The notes beneath the pieces were generated by a model. The model ran no database searches. It saw only the letters and a list, made by a program, of their open reading frames with translations, and was not told where the DNA came from. Shown here piece after piece: positions 26,088 to 39,116 of a DNA stretch of 64,000 nucleotides (positions are counted from its first letter, which is position 1; each line of letters begins with the position of its first letter). The position numbers were made by a program, and so were the translations under genes. The DNA comes from Octopus sinensis. Its lineage: Eukaryota. The stretch is from assembly GCF_006345805.1 (NCBI RefSeq), contig NC_043006.1, positions 1,178,001 to 1,242,000 of the forward strand, read 5' to 3'.

Positions 26088-26856
26088 TATCTAAATAAAG
26101 AGCAGAAAGAAACAAATGTGTTTTGGGCAGTGTTACAGTGATTAGACCTAAATACTTTTAGGTGGAATTAAGTTGTCAAACAAGTCAATGTTTATCTAAC
26201 CAAACAAGTATAGGTATATGTGTATTTGGATCTCAAAGTGCGTGTAAACTCATAAATAAGAACATGTTATTATCTCGGGCTGAAAACATATTTTTACAAG
26301 AAGCGTTGGAGGCAAAGAAGATACAAACCCTCGCCTCCTGCAAACATGACAGCCGTTCTACCATTGCACCAAACACTCTATCTATTTTAGTAACTTTAGT
26401 GTTATCAGCGACAGTTTATAGTGTTGACGACATAACAATTTATGAACTTCTGAAAGACGTCTAATAATTATTTTTCAGAATTAAATTTCCAAATACACGT
26501 AAAGCAGCTCTAAACATTAATATGTAAATACTGTGAGGAAGAAATAACATTTTTGATAGAAAAGTCGAAGGCTGTCCAAAATGGGTTTGTCAGCACAATA
26601 TGTTGATGCTATTATTTATTACCTTATTTATACATCGAGATCCAATGCCAGAACAGGGTTATTCCACGTTCTCTCAAAAGTTTATACATATTTTATAACG
26701 TCAACTATACACACACACATACGGACATACATATGAATATATACATACATACATACATATATATATATATGTGTATGTATATATATATATACATACATAC
26801 ATAGACATATATATACATATATATACATATATTTACACACACACACACACACACAC

Positions 26857-26903
<47 letters not shown>

Positions 26904-27451
26904 TGAGTCGTCGCTTACAAAGACCGGTGATCTGATCCACGGATAGACAAGATTATACGTGAGGATCTGAATAACATGAAACTCTGTAGCGACGTCATAG
27001 GAGAGTAAGTAACGCCACCTGTCAATTCTAGATCTAAATATCTTTCTTATTTTATAGAAAAATATATTTATCTTAGCTTAAGTGATAGAATTCAGTTCGA
27101 GGACTTTCATGCAATGAAGTTCTAAAAGAAAAAACTTATGAGGGTCTGTTACTCTAATTGAGGATGATAATATAATTCTACACATTCTTTTTATTCTAAG
27201 GAGACTTTTTATGTATGCCACCGGCATCATTGAAATGAGGAAAAAACTATCAACGACACCGCAAAGAATTTCATAGTTTTCGTCTCATTAAATTAAATAT
27301 TTTTTTATTTCAGTTAAAAAATAAAATTTACACACTCATAAATCTTTCACATTCATAATTTCATTGACAATTAAGCTACATTCGTATCTTAATCAGTTGC
27401 CCTATTTTTCACTTTCCATTTGTCTCTCTTCTTACTAGGCTTGTTGTTACA

Positions 27452-27745
27452 GGCGCAATGGTCCAGTGGTTAGGGCAGCGGACTCACGGTCGTAGGATCG
27501 AAGTTGCAATTCCCTGACCGGGTGTTGTGAGTGTTTATTGAGCGAAAACACCTAAAGCTCCACGAGGTCCGATAGGAGAGAGGCGAACCCTGCTGTACTC
27601 TTTCACTACAACTTTCTCTCACTCTTTCTTCCCGTTTCTGTTGTACTTGTATTTCAAAGAGCCAGCCTTGTCACACACTGTGTCACGCTGAATCTCCTCG
27701 AGAACTACGGTCCGGGTACACTTGCACATTAATTTCACGAGCATA
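27452..27745 (+). mobile_element. SINE family C, tail type 2
   Basis: Same head and body as 7561; after actctttcttc the tail differs (gtttctgttgtacttgtatttcaaagagccagccttgtcacac). Confidence 0.8.
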
Positions 27746-28745
27746 CTGTAACCGACGGAGTACCACGACTAGGCTGATTCAAATATTAGCAACAAGCAAG
27801 CTGCTGTACTGTATTGAGATCAAAAGTCCCACATATCTGTCTTGCATCGGAAGATTGAGGTACTATAAGTAATATCTGAGAAACCGTTTACAATATGTTT
27901 CTCTTAGTTGATCAGGTAGGTGTGAAAACAACGACTGGGGGACTTGAATTTTTCATTGACAGGGATGTCTACTTAGTGGTGACAACAGACTGAGGCAGAT
28001 CAATATCAACCAATTAATTGTTTGGTCTTTCATTCAGAGGTGAAGTTTTTCTTAATGATGCAGCCTATTTGCAGATAAGTAGACTGAGGCATTTGATAGT
28101 AAAACGCCCTACTTACAAATGCCATATTAGGACAGGGAACATATGTATTGATGGCCTTAACGAAGGATTCGGTTTTATTAATGATTAATACATTTGCACT
28201 TTGAGAGAGAAAGAGAGGAAAATGGAGAAGGAAAGAGGGAGAAGTGAGAGATAAGAAGAGAGAAGTAAATAAGGAGAGAATGGGAGATAGATAGATAGAG
28301 AAAGAGAGAGAGAGAGAGAGAGAGAGTTGCTATAATTTCTGTAGTTTCGTATTATCGATCATCCATTTACGACTGTTGTTGTGTGAATGGAAACCAGAAA
28401 CGAAAACTGTTTTTGCTTTCAGCTACTGTCATCCGCTCTTTTATATTAATATCTATATTCAGTTGACATACATATATGCAGACAGCAGACACACACATAC
28501 ACAAATAACACACACCACACACACACACATACAGACATACACACACATACGTATATATATATTAATGATTTTAATGATGTACTTTTACAGTCTGCTTACC
28601 AATGTTATATTGACAATATGGCGATATGGTGAAATTTTATCTTGTATATCTATGACGCCCCAATTTAGAACAGCACATAAAATGACTAAGGAAAGACAGA
28701 GAAGCAAATATAACTGATTGCATACATACATGTATGTATGCGTGT

Positions 28746-28786
<41 letters not shown>

Positions 28787-28813
28787 TTTATTTTAAGCAG
28801 CAGAAAATTCAAC

Positions 28814-28861
28814 AAAATCTGTTACTCTGAGTTTCTCGTTGCCGTTCATCAGACAGTTTTT
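28814..28861 (-). ncRNA. Type I hammerhead (inverted copy)
   Basis: Reverse complement of 31951-31998. Confidence 0.75.
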
Positions 28862-29247
28862 GCTAGAATGGAACATATATATAAATTCAATCTATACTCT
28901 TACAAACGCTACACCTTTAAAAAGAAATGGACTTGTTTGATTGGCCCTTTAGAAAAAACGGTCAATCTTCGAGCGATAAACAAAAAGGTCAAAAATATAT
29001 GTATATATATATAAAAAAACTTATAAAAATTATAAATCCGAGGAAAAAACCGAGGAAAAAACCTATTGCCGTTAATGAAGACAGTACAAATTAATGCATA
29101 GAAATTAAACCTGTTATAAATACTGCAATACATATTTATATTAAAATCCACATATATATATCAACATACACAAAAGGATGCGCGTAAACGCCATACATAC
29201 ATATACAGACGTATGAATATGAATCTAAATTATACACATAAAAGCAT

Positions 29248-30987
29248 GTGTCACGGACACATACAAAAAAGAACAACACGAATATATACAAAGAGGTGAA
29301 CTTAGAAGCAAGAGGAATAGCTAACGATCTTAAGATTAGCGATAGGATTAAATACCTTTCACCACGACCAGCTTTTATTACTCTGAAAGACCATAAAGAC
29401 AATTTTAGTAGAAACCCCAAATGTAGATTGATAAATCCGGCTAAAACTGAGATAGGAATTATTAGCAAAAATATTTTAGACCGTATTTTAGTTAAGTTAG
29501 ATAGTGAAGTAGACTTGAGAATTTGGAAGAATAGTAAGTCAGTTATAGAGTGGTTTAAAGGTATTAGCTATAAGAATAATTGTAGTTTCACACAATTCGA
29601 CATTATTGACTTTTACCCGTCGATATCTAGGACGTTGCTCCTAAGGGCATTGGACTTCGCCAAGCAGTATGTCAACATCGATAGCTCGGAAATTGAAATT
29701 ATTATGCATGCGAGGAAATCGCTTCTGTTTCTCGAGGATTCCACCTGGATTAAGAAGACTGAGGATTCTCTTTTCGATGTACCGATGGGGGCATACGACG
29801 GGGCTGAATTATGTATGTTCATAGGAGCCTTTATTCTCCATAATCTAAAAATAGAATTCCCATTTATAGATGCAGGTCTATATAGGGATGACGGCCTTAT
29901 AGCCACGCATAATCTAAACGGCCATGAATCAGATAGACTTAGGAAGGACCTTATAGCTTTCTTTCAAAGGATGGGCTTACGGATTACGATAGATACTAAC
30001 CTGAATAGTGTAGATTTTTTAGACGTAAATTTTAATGTAAGATCGGATAGATTTAAACCTTTCCGTAAGCCCAATGAAAAGCTATCGTATATTAGCAAAG
30101 ATTCGAACCATCCACCAGTTATCCTTAGCAACTTAGTCAGCAATGTAGGTAGAAGAATATCTTCAATTTCTTCGGACGAGGCAGCATTCCATAATGCTGC
30201 ACCTTATTACGATAGCGCATTAAAGAATAGTGGATTCTCGGAGAAGATCCAGTTCAACCAGCTTAATGCTAATAATAATGCTGCACGAAGAACTAGGACC
30301 AGGAAAGTTTTGTGGTTCAACCCGGCTTTCAATTTGGCCGTAAAGACTAATATAGGTAAGGAATTTTTGAGATTAGTCTCTAAGCATTTTAAGCAGGGTC
30401 ATAAATTCTACAGAATATTTAATAGAAGAACCCTGAAGGTTAGCTATTCTTGTTGCAGAAATTTCGCCTCTTACATTAGCCAACATAATAGGAAGCTAAT
30501 TGAGATTAGACATGGTGCCGAGCCCATTAAGAAATGTAATTTCAAAAACGAAAGCTCCTGTCCGTTAGAAGGGAAATGTCTAGTGAAAGGAGTAGTTTAT
30601 AGAGCCAAGGTGCAAGTGGAAGGCTCATCGGAATACAAGACATACACAGGGGCTTCAGAAAATTCATTTAAAACAAGATTTTATTCTCATAAGAATTCTT
30701 TTAAATACCCAGAGAATAGGAAGAAAACCAGCCTAGCAAAATATGTCTGGGAACTAAAAGAAAAGGAAGCCCCACCTTTCAACGTGACATGGAGCATTCT
30801 GGACAGGGCGGCACCATACAGGCATGGAGCTTACAAATATAATTTCAAGTGCAAGCTTTGCTTATTAGAGAAAATGCACATATTATTCAAAGACAATAAT
30901 TCTTTGAATCAAAGAAGTGAGTTAATGAACTTATGTAGGCACGCGGCTAAATTTAAAATGTCGAATATAAATATACCATATGGATAG
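29248..30987 (+). CDS. PLE polyprotein: reverse transcriptase plus GIY-YIG endonuclease (579 aa, N-terminally truncated)
   Basis: QFDIIDFYPSI, FDVPMGAYDGAE, GLYRDDG, DFLDVNF (RT); CPLEGKC, GVVYRAKV..KTYTGASENSFKTRFYSH, CKLCLLEK (EN). No stops. Confidence 0.95.
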   Translation: MSRTHTKKNNTNIYKEVNLEARGIANDLKISDRIKYLSPRPAFITLKDHKDNFSRNPKCRLINPAKTEIGIISKNILDRILVKLDSEVDLRIWKNSKSVIEWFKGISYKNNCSFTQFDIIDFYPSISRTLLLRALDFAKQYVNIDSSEIEIIMHARKSLLFLEDSTWIKKTEDSLFDVPMGAYDGAELCMFIGAFILHNLKIEFPFIDAGLYRDDGLIATHNLNGHESDRLRKDLIAFFQRMGLRITIDTNLNSVDFLDVNFNVRSDRFKPFRKPNEKLSYISKDSNHPPVILSNLVSNVGRRISSISSDEAAFHNAAPYYDSALKNSGFSEKIQFNQLNANNNAARRTRTRKVLWFNPAFNLAVKTNIGKEFLRLVSKHFKQGHKFYRIFNRRTLKVSYSCCRNFASYISQHNRKLIEIRHGAEPIKKCNFKNESSCPLEGKCLVKGVVYRAKVQVEGSSEYKTYTGASENSFKTRFYSHKNSFKYPENRKKTSLAKYVWELKEKEAPPFNVTWSILDRAAPYRHGAYKYNFKCKLCLLEKMHILFKDNNSLNQRSELMNLCRHAAKFKMSNINIPYG

Positions 30988-31950
30988 AGTATATATTTTG
31001 TATTTTGATTTTTTGATTTTGATTTTGACTCTTGAGCGCTACGACGGATCTATAGCAAAGTCTTATTGTTTCTACATATATATTAGGAAAAACCTACAAA
31101 CTTTGTTTTCATGTTATTGTATTGCATAAGATTACCTTGATTATTTATATTACCTTGATTATTTATAAATGACCCAAGATAGGATGTTATATTTTATTTT
31201 ATATGTCTTTCGTATATATTTTTATTAATGCACCCATTTTTTAAAAGCAATGTTTTTTTTAAAAAGCAATGTTGTCAAATTTAGAATGTTTATATAAGTT
31301 TGTGTATAGCAAAGCATATGTATTTGTAAGCATGCGTATCTGTGTATGTGTAAGTGAAAGTATGCTTGTGCTTAAGCACGCATACACACGACGGTATGTA
31401 TATGTATCAATTCAAACTTGTGTATGTATACTGGCCTCTATAGATGCCAATAATATCGCTACAAGTTTTTTCCCCACCCCTCCTTCGTTCCTTTTTCTCT
31501 CTTTCCCTTTCTTTCGTTCCCCCTCCTTGCTCAGTATATGAGAATTGCTACATAGATGAATTTTAGCTTGCGTGCGAGACGGTTTGCGTGAATATATGTA
31601 CACATGCTTTTATGTGTATAATTAGATTCATATTCATACGTCTGTATATGTATGTATGGCGTTTACGCGCATCCTTTTGTGTATGTTGATATATATATGT
31701 GGATTTTAATATAAATATGTATTGCAGTATTTATAACAGGTTTAATTTCTATGCATTAATTTGTACTGTCTTCATTAACGGCAATAGGTTTTTTCCTCGG
31801 TTTTTTCCTCGGATTTTATAATTTTTATAAGTTTTTTTATATATATATACATATATTTTTGACCTTTTTGTTTATCGCTCGAAGATTCTTTTTAAAGGTG
31901 TAGCGTTTGTAAGAGTATAGATTGAATTTATATATATGTTCCATTCTAGC

Positions 31951-31998
31951 AAAAACTGTCTGATGAACGGCAACGAGAAACTCAGAGTAACAGATTTT
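31951..31998 (+). ncRNA. Type I hammerhead ribozyme in PLE 3' terminal repeat
   Basis: aaaaactgt-CTGATGA-a-cg-gcaa-cg-a-GAAA-ctcagag-TA-acagatttt. Stem I pairs 8 of 9 bp, stem II is a GNRA mini-stem, and stem III is A-ctc-a-gag-T. Confidence 0.8.
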
Positions 31999-32095
31999 GT
32001 TGAATTTTCTGCTGCTTAAAATAAAGCATATTACTCTACCACTGGTATTTGAGTACTCTTTTTTCCACCTTGTTTCACATTTATGTGTTTACTCC

Positions 32096-32201
<106 letters not shown>

Positions 32202-32498
32202 ATGTATACATATGCACGTACATATATACATACAATCATATTTATATATGTAATACAAAGGTGTAATACGTTATGAAACACGTAGGTTTTACATAGTAAC
32301 CTAATTGGTAGAGTGAGTGTTTAGACTAATGTTATCCCCTCTTTTAGGCCAAGTACGATTTCTATGTCGCAGAATGGAGACAATATTTGTAGCTCAATTC
32401 AAAGATATTTTCTTACAGTGATCCCTCTATTGCTACTAATAACGGAATCACTCACTCTATTTCTCCTCTCCTTTCTCTCTCTCTTTTTCTCTCTCTCT

Positions 32499-32535
<37 letters not shown>

Positions 32536-32950
32536 TTTTAATTTGCTTCCTGGAAACGTTTTGAATCTGCGGATAAAGCTCCCATTCCATTATGCTGGCC
32601 ACAGTCTCTAACGATGGTGACTGGTGAATCAGCTTTTTGGGGGAGATATGTGATTTTTGGAAACGCGTGTACCGATGCATTAAATGTTTATAAATTCCAT
32701 ACAAAGATTATATATACACGATGGACTTCTACACAGTTTACGTCTACCAAATTCACTCACAATGCAGTGGTCGGCGCTCGGTGCGATAATAGAAGCCACT
32801 TGACACAATGTTTCGCAGTGGGCCTCATTCCAAATGCAAGTGACTGCATATCCAATTTCTTAACTACACAGCCGTGCCTGCACCTATGCAGGTAAACATG
32901 TTAGTGTTTAATATTTTTCTTTCTTTTAAATCACTTTTTTTTATTAATGT

Positions 32951-33220
32951 GCCCTTTTCAAGCCTAGCCAGGCTCATGGGCCCGGTTTCCCGGTTTCTGT
33001 GGCGTATGCGTTCCCCCCAACTGGACGGGACGCCAGTCCATCGCAGCGTTACTCAAGAAACAGGAAGAAAGAGTGAGAGAAAGAGTACAACAGGGGTCGC
33101 CACCACCCCTGCCAGAGCCTCGTTGAGTTTTAGATGTTTTCGTTCAATAAACACACACAACGCCCGGTCTGAGAATCGAAACCGCGATCCTCCGACCGCG
33201 AGTCCGCTGCCCTAACCACT
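32951..33220 (-). mobile_element. SINE family C, tail type 3
   Basis: Minus tail gctgcgatggactggcgtcccgtccag..cagaaaccgggaaaccgggcccatgagcctggctaggcttgaaaagggc. Confidence 0.85.
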
Positions 33221-33314
33221 CTTTCTCCTAAAACTTTGCACAAAAACATAAAATAATCTACTCCTTGATCTCTATTTTATAGAAAGCATGCTCCATACTA
33301 TCATAATCGCTTAG

Positions 33315-33359
<45 letters not shown>

Positions 33360-33386
33360 GTCTATCTATCTCTACCTATCTATCTG

Positions 33387-33449
<63 letters not shown>

Positions 33450-33495
33450 GTCTGTCTGTCTGTCTGTCTGATGTCTGTCTGTCTATCTATGTATC

Positions 33496-33540
<45 letters not shown>

Positions 33541-33547
<7 letters not shown>

Positions 33548-34129
33548 TAGTAAAAAGGTAATAAAATAATAGCACAAAAGACAAGTTAGCCATTAGGCTA
33601 TATGTTATTCATATATAAGTACATTAAAAGGCCTCTAAAAGAAGAAGCAAGTACTAGATCACAAAAAAGTGGATAAATTCAATGAAATAAGATCAAAAAC
33701 GTTTACAAACTCGGCTCATCTTATACTGCAGTTTCGTCTTTTTTTTAGCAGTAAATATAATTTATCTGCCAAGGATAGACTCTTCAGTAAGCAGCCTTTG
33801 TTATCCTAGAAGTACATTTCGTTAGAAACATGTGCGGTTCTAGCGACTTGCATTCTCTAACTTTTAAGACCATCGCGCAGACGCAAAACATACCCGACAA
33901 ACAGAGGGGTTTCTGGTATAGGGTCTACGATCAAAATTTATCGAGAAATATGTAAACATAGTAAAAAGGTAATAAAATAAATTATTATTACCGGTGATCT
34001 AGCACAAAAGACATGTTAGCCATTAGGCTATATGTTATTCATATATAAGTACGTTAAAAGGCCTCTAAAAGAAGAAGCAAGTACTAGATCTAGTACTTGC
34101 TTCTTCTTTTAGAGGCCTTTTAATGTACT

Positions 34130-34135
<6 letters not shown>
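33541..34135 (-). mobile_element. ORF-less tandem HHR element (family F; retrozyme-like), ~1.3 units plus terminal fold-back
   Basis: gtaaacatagtaaaaaggtaataaaata recurs at 33541 and 33952 (period 411; first copy lacks ~19 nt). HHR at 33720-33791; (TA)n flanks. Confidence 0.8.
33720..33791 (-). ncRNA. Type I hammerhead ribozyme
   Basis: Minus: ctta-CTGAAGA-gtc..ttggcag..ctgctaa..gac-GAAA-ctgcag-TA-taag. All stems pair and stem III is the palindrome ACTGCAGT. Confidence 0.85.
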
Positions 34136-34204
<69 letters not shown>

Positions 34205-35659
34205 GTGCAGTTAAGAATTTCACTTTGCAGCTACGTCGTTTCAATACATTTGCTCAGTGTGAGACATCTTGAGCAAGTTTATTTTCTATACTAACGTTAG
34301 GTCGAATGAAACTTTGCGAATAAAACCGTGTTGAAACCCGTCAGACGGAAGTTCCTGTCCAAGGCTTTGATACAACCACATGACCCCTGTACGCCTCTAG
34401 CGCAATATATTGTTTAACAGGCTTTCATATCAGGTCTCCCTCTTATCTGAGGACATCTTTCTCTTTTTCTCCAACTAATCTCAGAAGCCCCTGAAAGGGA
34501 TCTGGATCAATACCTCTCTGCCTCTGACAATGCCATCAGTATACTTGTCCCTCTTTCTCTACATCATCATCATTGCCATCATCATCATGTGGAGGCCAGT
34601 GAGGAAATTCGGACAACTGTTAGTTATAATATAACCGTTTCATATCGCTTTAAGAAATAACTATAAAACTATAACGAAAAACTAAGAAAATAGAGAAAAA
34701 ATTGTTGGCTTACGTCCCCATAATTTTGCGGTTCGGTAAAAGAGCGCTATAGATTGATACCAGACTTTAAAAAAAAGTATTGAGGTCTATTTCTTCGACT
34801 TGAACATTTCAAAGCGGTGCTACAGCATGACTATAGTCCAATGGCTGAAACGAATGAAATATAAAAATATAAAAAATAAATAAAAACTAAATAAAATGTA
34901 TTTCTTTTTTTTTTCTTCTAAATGAATTTTGGTTGAGCTTGGTCTGGCAACTGGAAATGCCAATTTCACAAATATATCAAGACACGTAAACCAGTTTAAG
35001 CTAAGGTTATTTAACTTTGCTCTTTCTATCTAACAATAATCCTTATGATAAATTTAATAAAACGAAATGCAATAAAACCAATGAAGAACTCTATTTAAAG
35101 GAAACAAACGGTAAATAAATTCTTTACAACAGCACTGAAGCGACTGGAGAACTGTTGCTAGCGGAAGCATCCTCCTTGTATCAATGTAATTTGATATATC
35201 CATCTTCTAGAATGAAATAACCAGAATGCTTAGAAAGTGAAGTATAATGGTAACTGTCAGAATGGTTTATTAAGTAATTTTATAGATCTGGTTTTAACAG
35301 TTTTAGTTTCATTATTGTCCAAATTGTGGTAGTTACCACGTAAATGGGAGAGTGAAGTTTTGTACTACACTAGGGTCCCAAAGTGTCTCAGTCCTCTGTT
35401 CGTCAAATATTAACCCTTTACAAAACTCGGTTCAGATGATATCCACAATATAATACTGCTTGCTCCTGCAACTGTGACGGTGCCGCTACTTCTATAGTAA
35501 TCTCGGGCCGCATCTCTAAAAGGGCCACCAGAACTGGTAGGAAGTCACTCACCAACACTCTTCAAGCTCTGATTTACAAATGTGTTTCTCTCCTCTCTCT
35601 TTCTCTCTCTCTCTCTCTCTTTCCACACACACACACACAGAGGCATGCACGCACACACG

Positions 35660-36265
35660 TACGTACGCATGTATGTATGTATGTATGTATATATGTATGT
35701 ATGTATGTATGTATGTACACATGTATGTATGTATGTATGTATGTATGTATGTATGTGTGTGTATGTATGTGTGTATGTGTGTATGCATGCAAATATGTTT
35801 GTACGTACGTATGTATCTGTGTATGTATGTATGTATGTATGTATGTATGTATGCATGTATGTATGTATGTATGTATGTATGTATGTATGTATGTATGTAT
35901 GTATGTATGTATGTATGCATGTATGTATGTATGTATGTATGTATGTGTGTATGTATGTATGTATGTATGTATGTATGTATGTATGTATGTATGCATGTAT
36001 GTATGTATGCATGTATGTATGTATGTATGTATGTATGCATGTATGTATGTATGTATGTATGTATGTATGTATGTGTGTGTATGTATGTATGTATGTATGT
36101 ATGTGTGTATGTATGTATGCATGTATGTATGTGTGTATGTATGTATGTATGTATGTATGTATGTATGTATGTATGTATGTATGTATGTATGTATGTATGT
36201 ATGTATGTATGTATGTATGTATGTATGTATGTATGTATGTGTGTGTATGTATGTATGTATGTATG

Positions 36266-36297
<32 letters not shown>

Positions 36298-36918
36298 TGT
36301 ATGTATGTATGTATGTGTGTGTATGTATGTATGTATGTATGTATGTGTGCATGTGTGTATGCATGCAAATATGTTTGTACGTACGTATGTATCTGTGTAT
36401 GTATGTATGTATGTATGCATGTATGTATGCATGTATGTATGTATGTATGTGTGTATGTATGTATGCATGTATGTATGTATGTATGTATGTATGTATGTGT
36501 GTATGTATGTATGTATGTATGTATGCATGTATGTATGTATGTATGTATGTATGCATGTATGTATGTATGCATGTATGTATGTATGTATGTATGCATGTAT
36601 GTATGTATGTATGTATGTATGTATGCATGTATGTATGCATGTATGTATGTATGTATGTATGTATGTGTGTGTGTATGTATGTATGCATGTATGCATGTAT
36701 GTATGTATGTATTCATGTATGTATGTATGTATGCATGTATGTATGTATGTATGCATGTATGTATGTATGTATGCATGTATGTATGTATGTATGTATGCAT
36801 GTATGTATGTATGTATGTGTGTATCTATGTATGTATGTATTATGTGTGTGTATGTATGTATGTATGTATGTATGTATGTATGCATGCATGTATGTATGTA
36901 TGTATGTATGTATGTATG
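35660..36918. repeat. ~1.25-kb (ATGT)n array with internal higher-order duplication
   Basis: Explains the six long MYVC/HTYI ORFs; the unique motif gcatgcaaatatgtttgtacgtacgtatgtatctg occurs twice, ~575 bp apart. Confidence 0.95.
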
Positions 36919-37409
36919 CCTGTTTGATATTACTACAGCAGTAGCACTCCACAGAATTGATTAATTTTGTGTCGCCTCCACTCAGGTCCTCGCGACTCAC
37001 CTACATCTTCCCTCGCCTCCTACATTGTTTTCCCTACTCTCAACCATAACTATTCACCATATCGAGTTCCTCCTTCCTCAGAACCTCGTCCTTCCACAAT
37101 TCGCATATTTTCTTTTTCCTACAAGCAATAATTTGCAATCATTCAACAGGAACGTTAACTGTGTTGATCTCCTCGATCTCGTGAGATGAGGTCATAAAAG
37201 TCGAGAGTGCAGTCGCTTCCTCCAAACAAAGACAATAAAACAAATGTGCGAAGTAGAAACACTTAAATATGTTTCCAAAACACATGCAACTGACTCAGAG
37301 ACGGTTTATCATAGACTATTTCCTCTCCAACGACTTCGAAGGGTTTTAAGTTCATCACTACATGATGACGCACTCTAGCTTAAACTCATCACAACACACC
37401 AAAGAAATA

Positions 37410-37960
37410 TTGGGTTGTCCGGAAATTTTGTGCCGATTTATAGTAGCTTACCTTTCGACTTATTTTAGAACATGGTTGAGTCCATAAAATAGGATTTGAC
37501 TACACCTCCAGTTAGAGCACAGTTTAAGCTATATTTTCGTGGAAGAAGGTTTATGTTCCTATAACCTGTGTTAATTCTGTAACCCTTTAAAATGGAAGAT
37601 GCGGAAGTTCATTTTCGGCACTTGCTTTCGGAACCAGACAAAATTTCTGGGATTTGTTACCCCACCCTCCATATTCGCCAGATATTGCTCCTTCGGATTT
37701 CCACTTATTCAGGTCTCTGCAGAATAGTTTCAATGGTAAAAATTCCAATTCCTTGGCTGACGTAAAGTGATACCTTGATGAATTCTTAGCCATGAAACCA
37801 ACCCAATTCTGGAAAGAGGGTATTTTCAAAGTAAAGGAAAGATGGAGACACATTATGCAACAAAATGGTTCATATTTGGTTGATTAAAAATGTAATGGCA
37901 AGTATTTACTAACCTTTTTCCTTCCTTTAATAATCGGCATGAACTTTCCGGACAACCCAA
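37410..37960 (+). mobile_element. Internally deleted mariner (551 bp)
   Basis: TIRs ttgggttgtccggaaa / tttccggacaacccaa, TA on both sides; N-terminus MEDAEVHFRHLL joined to HPPYSPDIAPSDFHLFRSL. Confidence 0.9.
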
Positions 37961-38420
37961 TACTATAGGTATTATCTATCGATCATTCTTATTTTATTGT
38001 TTCTATTTATACCTATTCGTTGTTATTAGTCTGAACTGTATAGGCAGCAAGTACTAAGGTTTCAAGCCAAATAATCATTTCCTTAATCTTCCTCCACTTT
38101 ATCATCCCTGAAAATTAATACTTACGGAATATTTTAAAGCAAACTCTGGTTTGATTTTACCCTGTTTGTTCCAACCAACAAGCTCTCTTCTTGGAATAAT
38201 CAAATTAGATTTCATTTGCTTTGATTCAGTTCTCTTATTATTATTTTGCTCGGGTAGCAACTTTTATTTCTTACGTTCTTACCTCTGCAAAGTATGAAAG
38301 ATGGCTAATATTTCCTTCAAACTTTGCTTTTGTTACATTTATTCAAATCCCAAAGAATCCCTTTCGAAACATGGCTATTGAAGCTCCCTTCCTGATCATG
38401 ATCAATGATACATATATTCT

Positions 38421-38500
38421 CAGCAACTAAGGGACATGCTCAAGTGGTTATGGGGAAGCAACTGACAAGCAAATCTGAGGTACTGAGCAGAATATTTGCT
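38421..38500 (-). repeat. Family E fragment
   Basis: actaagggacatgctcaa..actgacaagcaaatctg..gagcagaatatttgct. Confidence 0.7.
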
Positions 38501-39052
38501 ACGATGATATTTCTGCTTCAGTAACTCAGCACTGAATCTGTTTGAAGTGTATGGAAAATAGGTCAGTCTCAGAACATCAACATCCAGTTCTCAAAAGCAA
38601 TGTTTGAAGGAAATAATAATCAATTCCTTTGATGCCTACGTAGAAGCAAGTAGGAAATAACTCTTATTGACAGAAGACAAAAAAAAAACAAAGATTGTAC
38701 ACATTATTATTAATAATTGACTCTGGCACCAATTGTCAAAGATGGTCATAAACACATCACAAGCTTCATAGAGGGAAGTGATACTAGTTTATTACTCTAC
38801 AGTACCGATGCAGCATTGATTATAAATAAATATGTGTACAGAATGATTACTCTGCGAAATTAGGTCACGAAGTTGGGTCACATAGTCAGAACACAGTGTT
38901 ATTTTTCGGTGTCCTGGAATGAGGATCGATCATATTCAGCAACAACCTTTCAGCTCATTTCCAGTTCGGATTCCTGAAAGTTTATGAGTTATTTCGAAAG
39001 TGTGTGTGTGTATGCGTGCGTGTTCGTTTGTGTGTGTGTGTGTGTGTGTGTT

Positions 39053-39116
<64 letters not shown>

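Noticed and set aside
29248-30987. Selenocysteine recoding, reported for some Naiad PLEs
   Set aside because: No in-frame TGA in this ORF, and no SECIS could be identified by eye; the missing N-terminus cannot be assessed.
35545-36964. Six 379-460 aa ORFs (MYVC/HTYI repeats)
   Set aside because: Translations of an (ATGT)n microsatellite; no evidence of coding function.
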